Shown here: positions 28,275 through 40,960 of the stretch, one piece after another
How positions within the stretch are numbered: position 1 is the stretch's first letter
How the letters are laid out: each line of letters begins with the position of its first letter
The notes under the pieces: model-generated
What the model was told of the DNA's origin: nothing
Databases searched by the model: none
Seen by the model: the letters and a program-made list of their open reading frames with translations, nothing else
From: an uncultured delta proteobacterium
Lineage (GTDB): Bacteria; Myxococcota_A; Polyangia; Polyangiales; Polyangiaceae
Assembly (NCBI GenBank): GCA_963782055.1
Contig: CAWAIF010000003.1
Location: forward strand, 6,560,001-6,624,000
Direction: 5' to 3'
Length of the DNA stretch: 64,000 nucleotides
Position numbers and translations under genes: made by a program

Positions 28275-29293
28275 CCGCCGCGCCGCGGGTGCAGGTGCGC
28301 CCGCCGCGTCCGGGGGACGGCCAGGCGGTGGCCGCCCTCTGGCGCGAGCTGTGGGACGTCCACGAGTCCTGGGGCGGCTACCCCGGCTCGAAGGACGACC
28401 GCGTCTACGACCGCGTCGCGGCGCGCATCGAGCAGGAGGCCCGGCTGCGCCGCGGCGGCTTCGTGCTGGGCCGCCACCTCCACGTGCTGGCCACGCGCGA
28501 CGGCGTCGTCGCCGGCCAGGTGGAAGGCTGGATCGATCGTTACGGCGTCGACGCGCAGACACCGTCGACATGCGAGGTGCGCTCGCTGGTCGTCGCCCCC
28601 GCGGCGCGCACGCTGGGGCTCGGGCGCGTCCTGCTCGACGCGCTGGGGGAGATCGCCGCCGACGTCGCCGGCCGCGCCGCGGTGCTCGCAGCCGAGGTGC
28701 TCGAGCCCAACCCGGCGCACACCTTCTACGCCCGCGTCGGGTTCACGCCGGTCGCGTACACCATACGGATGCCGACCGACGGCGCCCGGTGGCCCGCGCG
28801 CGCGCGCTACGCCGGGCCGCGCGACGCACACGCCGTCGCGGTGCTGGAGGCCGCGCTCGCCGCCCGCCGCCGCGCCGCCGGGGACACGCGCTTCGACCCC
28901 CCCCGCGCGGTGGACGCGTCGTGGCTGCGAGCGATCGGCGCGCACCTCAACCAGCCGCCGGCGAGCATGCCGGCCGAGCTGGTGGCCACCGATGCCGAGG
29001 ACGTCGCGCGCGCCAGCGGGAGCATCGTGGTGATGAACCTCGACCCGCCCTTCTCCTCCGGCCGCCGCGCCGCCCTCACCCGCGTCGCGCTCGACCCGGC
29101 GGCCGAGCCCGCGGAGTACGTGCCTATCCTCGGCGCGCTGGGCGCCCACGTGGCGCGGCAGTGGGGCGCCCCCACGATGGAGATCACCGATCTGTCCGCA
29201 CCCGGCACCCCGCTCCACGCCGCCACGCTCTCGATGGGCGCGGTGCCGTGGTCCCGCATCGTGACGCGAACGGCCTGGCCGCGCGGGCGCTGA
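28262..29293 (+). CDS. Tandem GNAT-fold acetyltransferase
   Basis: VAPAARTLGLG acetyl-CoA loop and FYARVGF, followed by a second degenerate GNAT-like half. Confidence 0.7.
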   Translation: MAAVTAAPRVQVRPPRPGDGQAVAALWRELWDVHESWGGYPGSKDDRVYDRVAARIEQEARLRRGGFVLGRHLHVLATRDGVVAGQVEGWIDRYGVDAQTPSTCEVRSLVVAPAARTLGLGRVLLDALGEIAADVAGRAAVLAAEVLEPNPAHTFYARVGFTPVAYTIRMPTDGARWPARARYAGPRDAHAVAVLEAALAARRRAAGDTRFDPPRAVDASWLRAIGAHLNQPPASMPAELVATDAEDVARASGSIVVMNLDPPFSSGRRAALTRVALDPAAEPAEYVPILGALGAHVARQWGAPTMEITDLSAPGTPLHAATLSMGAVPWSRIVTRTAWPRGR

Positions 29294-29418
29294 CGAGCGC
29301 GGGCCGGTTGGCGTCCCGGCGGCCTTTCATCCCGCCACCCGAGGTTGCGTTCCCGCCCCGCGCGCCACATCCTCAGGGGAGGGCGCCGCCCAACCCGGCG
29401 CTCCTTCCGGAGATCGCC

Positions 29419-30810
29419 ATGCCTCGCTTGCCGTCGGCCGCCCTCGTCCTGCTCACCCTCACGCTCGCGCCCGCGGCGTTCGCGCAGGGCCCGACGCAGG
29501 CCGCCTCCCCCTCCCCGCGGGAGGTGCAGGCGTCGCAGGCCGCCGCCCGCAAGCTCTCCGACGCCTTCGTCGCCGTGGCCGACCGCGTGAGCCCGAGCGT
29601 CGTGCAGATCGACGTGACCGTGCGCGAGACCAACGCCGACCCGCTCATGCGCATCCTCGGCCGCAACCAGAGCTCCCCCGTCGCCCGCGGCACCGGCTCC
29701 GGCGTCGTCTTCACGCCCGACGGGGCGATCCTCACCAACAACCACGTCATCGATCACGCGCTCACCATCAACGTGCACCTGCGCGACGGGCGCTTCCTCC
29801 CCGCCCGCCTGGTCGGGCGCGACCCCGACACCGATCTCGCCGTCATCAAGGTGGACGCGAAGGGCCTGGTCGCCGCTCACTTCGCCGACTCCGACGCCGC
29901 GCGCGTGGGCGAGTGGGTCGTGGCGATCGGCTCGCCCTTCGGCCTCGGCTACACGGTGACCACCGGCGTGCTCAGCGCCAAGGGCCGCGGCGGCCTGGGC
30001 GTCAACACCATCGAGGACTACCTGCAGACCGACGCGAGCATCAACCCGGGCAACTCCGGCGGCCCGCTCTGCAACCTGGACGGCCAGGTCCTCGGCATCA
30101 ACACCATGATCGTGGGTCGCGGCACGGGCATCGGCTTCGCCGTCTCGTCCAACATCGCCCGGCGCGCGGCCGCGCAGATCCTCAAGACCGGCCACGTCGA
30201 GCGCGCGTGGATCGGCGTGAGCACCCAGGACCTGACGCCCGATCTCGCCGGCGCGATGAAGCTCGACCCGCGCGCCGGCGCGCTCGTCAGCGACGTGACG
30301 CCCGGCACCCCGGCGCAGAAGGCGCAGCTCCACCCGGGAGACATCATCGCCGCGGTCGCCGGCCACCCCATCCACGACAGCCGGGAGCTGGTGCAGGAGG
30401 TGCTGGCTCACGACGTCGGGCAGCAGCTCCTTCTGGAGGTGATCCGTGGCGGCAAGCACTACGGCACCTCGGTGACGCTCGCCGCCCGGCCGGAGGCACC
30501 CATCCCGCCGCTGCCGGTGCAGCAGCAAGGCGTGCCGCAGTCGGGGTTCGGTCTCTCCGTCCGCGACATGGCCGCCCAGCAGGCGACCCAGCTCGGGCTG
30601 GCGGCCAAGCCGACGGCCTTCGTCTCCAGCGTCATCCCGGGCTCCGCGGCCGACCGCGCGGGCCTGAAGCCAGGCGACGTGGTCGTCGAGGCGGACGGCG
30701 TCTCCGACCCGAACTCCAACCAGCTCCAGCAGGCCGCGCAGGACGGTGTGCTGGTGCTCCGCCTCCGCCGCGGCAACGCCAGCTTCTACGCGGCCCTGCG
30801 ACGCCCCTGA
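29419..30810 (+). CDS. HtrA/Do-family periplasmic serine protease with two PDZ domains
   Basis: Signal peptide, TNNHV, DLAVIK, TDASINPGNSGG and two PDZ-like repeats. Confidence 0.95.
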   Translation: MPRLPSAALVLLTLTLAPAAFAQGPTQAASPSPREVQASQAAARKLSDAFVAVADRVSPSVVQIDVTVRETNADPLMRILGRNQSSPVARGTGSGVVFTPDGAILTNNHVIDHALTINVHLRDGRFLPARLVGRDPDTDLAVIKVDAKGLVAAHFADSDAARVGEWVVAIGSPFGLGYTVTTGVLSAKGRGGLGVNTIEDYLQTDASINPGNSGGPLCNLDGQVLGINTMIVGRGTGIGFAVSSNIARRAAAQILKTGHVERAWIGVSTQDLTPDLAGAMKLDPRAGALVSDVTPGTPAQKAQLHPGDIIAAVAGHPIHDSRELVQEVLAHDVGQQLLLEVIRGGKHYGTSVTLAARPEAPIPPLPVQQQGVPQSGFGLSVRDMAAQQATQLGLAAKPTAFVSSVIPGSAADRAGLKPGDVVVEADGVSDPNSNQLQQAAQDGVLVLRLRRGNASFYAALRRP

Positions 30811-31036
30811 TCAGCGGCGCGCGCCCAGCTCATCCATATGTTTCCGCGGCAAACTCGCGGAGTCGAGGCGCCGCGGTACTGAACGCGTGAGCCCGCAAAT
30901 ATTCTTGCGCTTCCCGCGATCCGTCGTGGATGCGATGGCTGGAAAGTGAACAGCGCGAGGGGCCGGGGGCAGCCGCTTCGGTGCGCGGTGTTCCGTGCCC
31001 GAAGCCACTCCTAACCCAACGAAGCCTGCTTTCGAA

Positions 31037-31630
31037 ATGTCGTCTCCCGAACCGCTGCGCGTCCTTTACGTCGAGGACGACGACCCGTTGCGCGGCGCCA
31101 TGTCTCGTCAGCTCCGCCGTCGCATGCCGCACCTCCACGTGGACGAGGCGGCGACCTTCGATCAGGCCCTGGACGTGCTCGACCGCACCACGCCGGACCG
31201 GCTGCTCATCGACGTGTGCCTCGGCGACTACGGCAACACCGAGGGCCTGGACGTGCTGCGCGTCGCCCGGCAGCGCGGCATCGATGCCCCGGGGATCGTG
31301 CTCACCGCCGTGCTGGAGTTCGCCGTGGCCCGGGAAGCGCAGCGGCTCGGGGCCTACTTCCTCCCGAAGGCGGGGATGTCGCTGGAGGAGCTGGTGGACG
31401 TGCTCAGCCTCCCCCCGCCGCCGCTGGCCGGCCCTGTGACCGTGGGCACGCTGCGGGCGATGGCGGAGGTGATCGTCCGAGCGGAAGGAGCGCTCCCGGA
31501 CAAGCTGGACGCGCTGCGTGACGAGGCGGTGACGTTCGCCCTGGACGTGTCCGGCGGGGGTCACAGCGCCGCCGCGAGGATGCTGGGCGTGCCACGGCAG
31601 TACGTCCAGTGGGTGAAGCGCAAGAGCTGA
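31037..31630 (+). CDS. Orphan response regulator (REC plus Fis-like HTH)
   Basis: VEDD, LIDV, LTA and PK receiver motifs; C-terminal AAARMLGVPRQYV. Confidence 0.8.
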   Translation: MSSPEPLRVLYVEDDDPLRGAMSRQLRRRMPHLHVDEAATFDQALDVLDRTTPDRLLIDVCLGDYGNTEGLDVLRVARQRGIDAPGIVLTAVLEFAVAREAQRLGAYFLPKAGMSLEELVDVLSLPPPPLAGPVTVGTLRAMAEVIVRAEGALPDKLDALRDEAVTFALDVSGGGHSAAARMLGVPRQYVQWVKRKS

Positions 31631-31705
31631 GCGGGCGGGGGCTCTGGGTTCGGGCGTCACCCGGACGTGGGGCGGCGCCCGCGGACGTGCTACAGACGCG
31701 CCGAG

Positions 31706-32686
31706 ATGAAGGTCCTGGTCACCGGAGCGAGCGGCTTCCTCGGGAGCTGGGTGGCGGAACGCTTGACCCATCAAGGGCATGACGTCCGCGCCCTCGTCCG
31801 CAAGACATCCAACCGCAAGCACCTGGGCACCCTGCCGCGCGTCGAGCTGGCGGAGGGAAGCGTGGAGGACGCCCCGCGCGTGCGCGACGCGGTGCGCGGG
31901 GTCGACGCCATCGTCCACTGCGCGGGCCTGGTGAAGGCCCGGACGGAGGAGGATCTCCGCCGCACCAACGTGACCGGCACCCGGAACCTGATCGCCGCCG
32001 CCAGGGAAGCCGCCCCCGGCCTGAAGCGCTTCGTCCATGTCTCCAGCCTGGAGGCGTCCGGTCCCGCCACCGACGGCCGCCCCGTGCCCCTGGAGCAGGA
32101 GCAGCCCTGCACCGCCTATGGCCGCTCCAAGCTCGCCTCGGAGAAGGCCGTGCTCGACGCGCGCGGCGACCTCCCGGTGACGGTCCTGCGCCCCGGCGCC
32201 ATCTACGGCCCGCGCGACCAGGAGATCCTGGAGGCCTTCAAGTCGGTCAAGCGCGGGCTGATGCCCACCATCGCCGGTGGCGGGGCGCTGGGGGTGTTCG
32301 TGTACGGGCCGGACTGCGCGGACGCGTGCATCCGCGCCATCGACGCCGAGACCCCGAGCGGCCAGGTGTACTTCGTCGACGACGGCAGCCCGGTCACCCA
32401 GCGGCAGTTCCTCGAGATGGTGGAGGACGCGCTCGGCCGCAAGGCGCTCATCCGCATGAGCCTGCCCGCCGGGGTCCTGCGCACCGTCGCGCGGGGCGTG
32501 GAGATGTACGGCCGCGCCACCGACAAGGCGGTGATGCTCACCCGCGAGAAGGCCAACATGCTCCTGCAGCACTTCGTGTGCGACTCCACGCGGACACGGG
32601 AGGAGCTGGGGTGGAAGCCGGAGGTGCCCCTGCGCGAGGGCGTCCGGCAGACCGCCGCGTGGTACCGAGAAGCCGGCTGGCTGTAG
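31706..32686 (+). CDS. NAD-dependent epimerase/dehydratase (extended SDR)
   Basis: TGASGFLG, YGRSK and YGPRD. Confidence 0.9.
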   Translation: MKVLVTGASGFLGSWVAERLTHQGHDVRALVRKTSNRKHLGTLPRVELAEGSVEDAPRVRDAVRGVDAIVHCAGLVKARTEEDLRRTNVTGTRNLIAAAREAAPGLKRFVHVSSLEASGPATDGRPVPLEQEQPCTAYGRSKLASEKAVLDARGDLPVTVLRPGAIYGPRDQEILEAFKSVKRGLMPTIAGGGALGVFVYGPDCADACIRAIDAETPSGQVYFVDDGSPVTQRQFLEMVEDALGRKALIRMSLPAGVLRTVARGVEMYGRATDKAVMLTREKANMLLQHFVCDSTRTREELGWKPEVPLREGVRQTAAWYREAGWL

Positions 32687-32844
32687 GCGGGCCCCCGGCG
32701 GAACGTCCGTGCAGGTCCGGGGACAGGCCGCCCGGGAGCCCGGAGGCCCCGCCTCCCAGGAAGCAAATGCCCCCTGGGACGGTTTGCGCTCCGGAGGCCG
32801 AGGCACTAGGTTGCGTCGGCTAACCGGAGCCTTTCGCACACGAC

Positions 32845-35958
<3,114 letters not shown>

Positions 35959-36099
35959 GTCGCCCTCGCGAGACGCGCCGCGTCGACCACGATGTGGGAC
36001 GGCATACGCCAGCGGCGCCCGTGACCACGAGGCGACCGTTCACGTTGCCGCGCGTTCACACGATACGTGCATGGTCCCTGTTTTCCGTGGCGCCCGGCG

Positions 36100-36115
36100 T
36101 GGAACGCGGCGTGCG
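36100..36115 (+). promoter_or_regulatory. Candidate sigma54 -24/-12 promoter
   Basis: TGGAACG-CGGC-GTGCG, upstream of an AGGAGG RBS and the ATG at 36142. Confidence 0.45.
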
Positions 36116-36141
36116 ATGCAGAGCCCCAGGAGGAGCTCTTC

Positions 36142-36666
36142 ATGAATCGTCGCCTCGTCTCGCAACGTCTCTTCACGGCCGCGACGCTCGGCGGCGCCGT
36201 GGCGTGCAGCGCCGCCACCTTCGACGCCCCCAAGCAGGCGGACGCGTCGGGCACGTACACCATCGCCGTCACCGAGAAGAACAACGACTGCCAGCTCAAC
36301 GGCTGGACGGAGGGCACCTCCAGCCAGAACATCCCCTTCACGTTGAGCCAGCAGGGCACCGACGCGACCGGGCACGTGGACGGGCTGGTGGGCAGCGGCA
36401 TGGCGCTCTGGCTCGGCAACAACAGCTTCGTCGGCAACCTCCAGGGCCCCACGCTGAGCCTCACCGACTACGGGACGCGCTCCGACACGGCGAGTAACTG
36501 CTCCTTCACGGTCAACGCGCGCGTCGACGGCACGGTGCAGGCCTCCGCGGGGCTCATCAGCGGGACGATCACCTACAGCTACGCCACCAACGGCTCGCCC
36601 GACTGCGGCTACCGGACCACGTGCACCTCGGTCCAGTCCTTCAGCGGCAACAAGCCGCCGAGCTGA
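36142..36666 (+). CDS. Hypothetical beta-rich lipoprotein
   Basis: AGGAGG RBS, AVAC lipobox and paired Cys residues. Confidence 0.75.
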   Translation: MNRRLVSQRLFTAATLGGAVACSAATFDAPKQADASGTYTIAVTEKNNDCQLNGWTEGTSSQNIPFTLSQQGTDATGHVDGLVGSGMALWLGNNSFVGNLQGPTLSLTDYGTRSDTASNCSFTVNARVDGTVQASAGLISGTITYSYATNGSPDCGYRTTCTSVQSFSGNKPPS

Positions 36667-36760
36667 TCGCATCGAGGCCCGAGGTCACGCTTCGCGGCGC
36701 CCGGTCCCAGCTCGCCGCGCGATGTCTTGCGCGGCGCAATTTTTTGCTAGAGTGCGGGGC

Positions 36761-37276
36761 ATGAAAACCATCCGCATCCTGGCGGTCGCGGCCACGCTCG
36801 TCCTCGCGGGGACGTCGGTCATGGCCTGCGGCGGGCCTGACGCCAAGACGGCCAAGATCACCCCCGGCGACATGCCCGCCGGCGAGGCCTGGACCGGCGT
36901 CTACTTCCACCCGACCTTCGGCTACCTGCACCTGGTGGAGCAGGGCAACAACGTCATCGGCAAGTGGCAGCGCACCGACAAGAGCGCGTGGGGCCAGCTC
37001 TCCGGGACGAAGGTCGGCAACGTGCTGCACTTCGAGTGGACCGAGCACAAGTACGGCCTGGTCGGCCCCTCCTCCATGCAGCACGGGCGCGGCGTCTTCG
37101 TCTACGAGCCTGGCAAGCAGGGCATCGCCGAGCTGAAGGGCTACTACGGCCTCGACGAGGACGAGACGGGCAGCACCTGGAACTGCGTGAAGCAGCTCCG
37201 CATGCAGCCCGACCTCGACTCCATCACCGGTGAGACGCCCGGCGGCTCGGTCCAGCAGCCCGAGACGCTGCAGTAG
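36761..37276 (+). CDS. Hypothetical lipoprotein (beta-barrel-like)
   Basis: VMAC lipobox; WTGVY...GKW...GYYG...W pattern. Confidence 0.75.
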   Translation: MKTIRILAVAATLVLAGTSVMACGGPDAKTAKITPGDMPAGEAWTGVYFHPTFGYLHLVEQGNNVIGKWQRTDKSAWGQLSGTKVGNVLHFEWTEHKYGLVGPSSMQHGRGVFVYEPGKQGIAELKGYYGLDEDETGSTWNCVKQLRMQPDLDSITGETPGGSVQQPETLQ

Positions 37277-38809
37277 GTGCCCGTCTCCAACGCGCAGACC
37301 CGGGATGCCACCATCGCGGGCCCGCTCGGTGGCCTGGCCCTGTCGTGCGTGAGGGCGCACGCGCCGATGATGGTCGTGCGCACCCTGCGCTGGTACCGCG
37401 ACCTGGCGCGCCTCGGCCTGCACCTGCCGCTCTTCCTGGTGCACGACGTGGGTCTGCTCTACGCCGCGCCGAAGGAGCAGCTCGACGTCGGGCGCCGCCC
37501 CGCGACCGAGACGATCGTCGCGCGCCAGCCCAGGCTGCAGGAGCTGTACGAGGTCTACCGCGGCATCGTGGAGGAGATCGCGCAGAGCGAGGCGAGCGCG
37601 CGCGCGCGCAGCATGCGCCTCTCCGACGACCTGGTCGTGGTGGTGCTCGCGCGCGTGCTCGGGGCCGTGGCGCAGCGCCTCGGCCGGCCGCCCTACACGG
37701 CCGCCATCCCGCTCGACCCCGAGATGGTCCGCGACGTCGATGGCCAGCTCGCCTCGCTCTTCGCCGCCGTGCCGCGGGCGTGGGAGACGGCCGCGCTGGA
37801 CGCGCTGGTCCGCTCGCGGCTGCACGTCCTCACCCTCGCCGACGCGCTCGACCTGGACACCCTGCGCCTGCTCGGCATGCTCGGCCCGGAGTCCTCCGCC
37901 GCCGGCGCCCTCGCGCACGTGGACCTGCTCGCCGCCATCTCCAGCCCGGCGGCCAACGACATCGTCAACTTCTCCCTGGAGCTCTTGCCCAGTGTGCTGG
38001 AGACGCACCGCAGCCACGCGACCGGGACGCACGCCGTGCACGGCTACTCCGGCATCGGCTCGAAGGGGTCGCTGGACTCGCTGGTGCTGACCGAGCTCGC
38101 CTGGGACCCCGACGAGTTCGCCCGGCGGATGATCGAGCACGAGATATTGTATTATACACGCGAGCAGGCGCCCGACGAGGCGCGCCGGCTTCACTACCTG
38201 CTGATCGACGCCTCCGCGAGCATGCGCGGCGAGCGGCAGGTGTTCGCGCGTGGGCTGGCGATCGCCCTCGGCAAGAAGCTCCAGCTCTCCGGCGAGGAGG
38301 TGTGGATGCGCTTCTTCGACTCGCGCCTGTACGACGTGCAGCGCGCGCGGCCAGGGCAGCTCCCCGCGGCGTACCTGCTCGGCTTCAAGGGCGAGCGCGG
38401 GCGCAACCCGGCGCGCGTCTTCGCCCAGCTCGCGACCGAGATCGACCTGCTCCGCGCGCGCGAGCAGCGTGACCCGGTGATCCACCTCATCACGCACGCG
38501 GCGCTGCACGTGCCGCGCCCGCTGGTGGCGGAGGTCGCCCGGCAGGCGCACCTGTTCGGCGTGTTCATCCTGCCGAGCGGGGGCAACCTCAACCTGGAGT
38601 ACCTGGACCTGCTGGAGGGGCACGCGGTGGTCGACCACGCGACGCTGCAGCAGAAGTCGGCGCGCGCCGCGGCCGCGACGAAGATCGTGGACCAGGCGAG
38701 CAAGGTGGCGGAGCGGGTGAGCGTGCCGCCACCCAGCATGGGGCCGCCGAAGAGCGCACGCGACGAGGCGATCCCCCCGTCGCTCCGCGCGCCGCGCAGC
38801 AGTCGCTGA
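37277..38809 (+). CDS. VWA-domain protein (ViaA/MoxR-partner type)
   Basis: GYSGI...LTELA...EILYYTRE pre-VWA segment, then MIDAS DASASM, FFDS and LITH. Start is uncertain (37277 or 37367). Confidence 0.75.
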   Translation: MPVSNAQTRDATIAGPLGGLALSCVRAHAPMMVVRTLRWYRDLARLGLHLPLFLVHDVGLLYAAPKEQLDVGRRPATETIVARQPRLQELYEVYRGIVEEIAQSEASARARSMRLSDDLVVVVLARVLGAVAQRLGRPPYTAAIPLDPEMVRDVDGQLASLFAAVPRAWETAALDALVRSRLHVLTLADALDLDTLRLLGMLGPESSAAGALAHVDLLAAISSPAANDIVNFSLELLPSVLETHRSHATGTHAVHGYSGIGSKGSLDSLVLTELAWDPDEFARRMIEHEILYYTREQAPDEARRLHYLLIDASASMRGERQVFARGLAIALGKKLQLSGEEVWMRFFDSRLYDVQRARPGQLPAAYLLGFKGERGRNPARVFAQLATEIDLLRAREQRDPVIHLITHAALHVPRPLVAEVARQAHLFGVFILPSGGNLNLEYLDLLEGHAVVDHATLQQKSARAAAATKIVDQASKVAERVSVPPPSMGPPKSARDEAIPPSLRAPRSSR

Positions 38810-38815
38810 GCGAGG

Positions 38816-39685
38816 TCAGCGCCGGCGGCCGCCGCCGCGCTTGCGGGTGGCGCGCGGGAGCGAGCGCGGATCGCGCACCGGCTTCTCGGTAGCGGCGAGG
38901 CGCGCCTGCACGCGCCGCACCTCGTCGTGGTGACGCTGCACGAGCCGCTTGCTCGAGAGGATGCGCGCCAGCAGCGCGCGCAGCTTGGGGTCGGTCGTGC
39001 CGGTCATCGCCGCGAGGGCGTCGAAGACGGGCGCGCCGAAGCGCAGGGCGAGGGGCTCCGGCGCGGCGGCGAGGGCATCGAGCAAGGCCTTGTAGCCGGG
39101 GTAGCGCTCGGCTGCGCGGGGCGCGCCGTCGGCGAGGGCGAAGGCACCGGAGAGCAGGCTGACGGCGGGCGCGGCGTCGGGCAAGGTGGAGAGCCACTCC
39201 GGGTGCGTCAGCGCGCGCAGCGCGGCCGCGGCGTGGAAGTAGCCGTCGGTCCAGCCCTCCAGGTCGGCGGCGAGGGCCGGGCCCATCGCCGCGCCTGCCC
39301 GCATGAGGGCGAGCGGCACCGCGTCGCGCACGCGGAAGCGCTTGTCCTCCGCGGCGTCGTGGAGCAGCGCCACCATCGCGGGGCGGAGCGACGGGACGCG
39401 CGCCGCGCACTCGCCGGCGGCGAGGACGGCGGCGAGCGGGAGGAACTCCAGCTCGGTGCCGCCGGGCGCAAAGTCGGCGTCCAGACGGGCCATCGTGGAG
39501 ACCACGCCGGCGGCCGGAGGGCCGACGGAGGCGCAGGTCGCGGCAAAGGACCACCCCAGCTCCAGGTTGGGGCTGGGACCGGGCAGGCGGGACCCGCGCG
39601 CCAGCACGGCGTACAGGGGCCCCGGGTCTCCCGCCTGGGCGCGCGCCAGGGCGGCGTCGAGCCCCCCGGCCGGTGCGTGTGTCAT
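38816..39685 (-). CDS. Hypothetical helical (HEAT-like) protein
   Basis: SRLPGPSPNLEL and AEDKRFRVRDAV motifs; GC3 bias. Confidence 0.65.
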   Translation of the reverse strand: MTHAPAGGLDAALARAQAGDPGPLYAVLARGSRLPGPSPNLELGWSFAATCASVGPPAAGVVSTMARLDADFAPGGTELEFLPLAAVLAAGECAARVPSLRPAMVALLHDAAEDKRFRVRDAVPLALMRAGAAMGPALAADLEGWTDGYFHAAAALRALTHPEWLSTLPDAAPAVSLLSGAFALADGAPRAAERYPGYKALLDALAAAPEPLALRFGAPVFDALAAMTGTTDPKLRALLARILSSKRLVQRHHDEVRRVQARLAATEKPVRDPRSLPRATRKRGGGRRR

Positions 39686-39772
39686 GCGCGCCACCATCGC
39701 ACGGTCGCGGCGCCGGGGTGCTGCCTTTTCCGAGCCTGCCAGGCGGGTCTCGGGTAAGACTAGCGGGCCCAC

Positions 39773-40669
39773 ATGACCCCCACTCGAATCCTCGCCGCCA
39801 CAGACCTCAGCGAAGCCTCCGACGAGGCCCTGCGCCACGCGTGTGCCGCCGCGAAGGCCAGTGGCGCGAAGCTCGCCATCTGCCACGTGATGCCGTACAC
39901 GCTCGGCCTCCATCCCCTCTTCCCGCAGCAGAACCAGGCCTCCGTGCTGCAGATGGCGGAGTTCGAGGCGAAGGTCCAGGACCTCGTCGGCGAGCGCCTC
40001 GCCACGATCGAGGGCGCGCCGGAGGACGCGGAGATCTTCGTCGAGCAAGGCACCGAGTACGCGGGCATCATCCACCGCGCCGAGGCGTGGAAGGCCGACC
40101 GCATCGTGGTGGGCAGCCACGGGCGCACCGGCCTGAAGCGCACCTTGCTGGGCAGCGTCGCCGAGCAGGTCGTGCGCTACGCGCACTGTCCGGTCTACGT
40201 GGCGCGCCCGCACACCAAGCACGGCGTCGTGATGGTGGCGACCGACCTGTCCAATCCGTCGCTGCCCGCCGTGGCCGCCGGCGCCGACGAGGCGAAGCAG
40301 CGGGGCGCCAAGCTGCTTCTGGTCCACGCCATCGACTTCTCGGCGGCGACGCTCACCGCCGCCGCGGCCAACCCGCTGGGCGTCATCCCCGTGCTGCCGC
40401 CACCCGAGGTACAGAAGCAGCTCGGCGATGCGACCGAGACCATGCTCCGCGAGGCGCTCCAGCGCTTCGGCGCGACCGGGGAGGTCAAGGTCCTGACCGG
40501 GCCGCCGCCCGCGGCCATCGTCAAGTACGCCGACGAGGTGGGGGCGGAGCTCGTGGTGGTGGCGACGCGCGGGCGGACGGGGCTCTCGCGCATCGCCCTG
40601 GGCAGCGTCGCGGCGCGCGTCATCCGGATGGCGGCGTCCTCGGTGCTCGCGGTGCGCCTGCCGACGTGA
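39773..40669 (+). CDS. Tandem universal stress protein
   Basis: Two USP domains (ATDLS; GSHGRTGL...LGSVA and ATRGRTGL...LGSVA). Confidence 0.93.
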   Translation: MTPTRILAATDLSEASDEALRHACAAAKASGAKLAICHVMPYTLGLHPLFPQQNQASVLQMAEFEAKVQDLVGERLATIEGAPEDAEIFVEQGTEYAGIIHRAEAWKADRIVVGSHGRTGLKRTLLGSVAEQVVRYAHCPVYVARPHTKHGVVMVATDLSNPSLPAVAAGADEAKQRGAKLLLVHAIDFSAATLTAAAANPLGVIPVLPPPEVQKQLGDATETMLREALQRFGATGEVKVLTGPPPAAIVKYADEVGAELVVVATRGRTGLSRIALGSVAARVIRMAASSVLAVRLPT

Positions 40670-40772
40670 CGTGAGCGTGAGGGCCGCCGGCGTCCGGCGC
40701 GTGGGGACAGGGCCGTCGGAGGGACGATGCCCCTTCGACTGCGGAGAGTCTTGCGTTAGCGTCTCCGCGTGA

Positions 40773-40846
40773 GCGCCCGTAGCTCAGCTGGATAGAGCAG
40801 CGGCCTTCTAAGCCGCCGGTCGGTGGTTCGAGTCCACCCGGGCGCA
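40773..40846 (+). tRNA. tRNA-Arg (anticodon TCT); CCA not encoded
   Basis: GCGCCCG/CGGGCGC acceptor stem, D-arm AGCTCAGCTGGATAGAGC, anticodon stem GCGGC-CTTCTAA-GCCGC and T-loop GGTTCGAGTCC; followed by CCG. Confidence 0.96.
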
Positions 40847-40960
40847 CCGGTCGACCCTGCGGAGACCGCCCCCTCCGGCGCGCGATCGTCAGCATGCTCG
40901 CGATCCGGACGTTCGGGCGGCGTCCTTGCGGGGCGGGCCCGGGTTCGGCACGATCCGGAC

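Noticed and set aside
38141..38160. AT-rich patch as a dif site, DnaA box or antisense TATAAT promoter
   Set aside because: There is no XerC/XerD arm match and no -35 element. The DnaA-like similarity is not shared by the other copies, so it is treated as part of the TTGTA-N3-TACACG motif.
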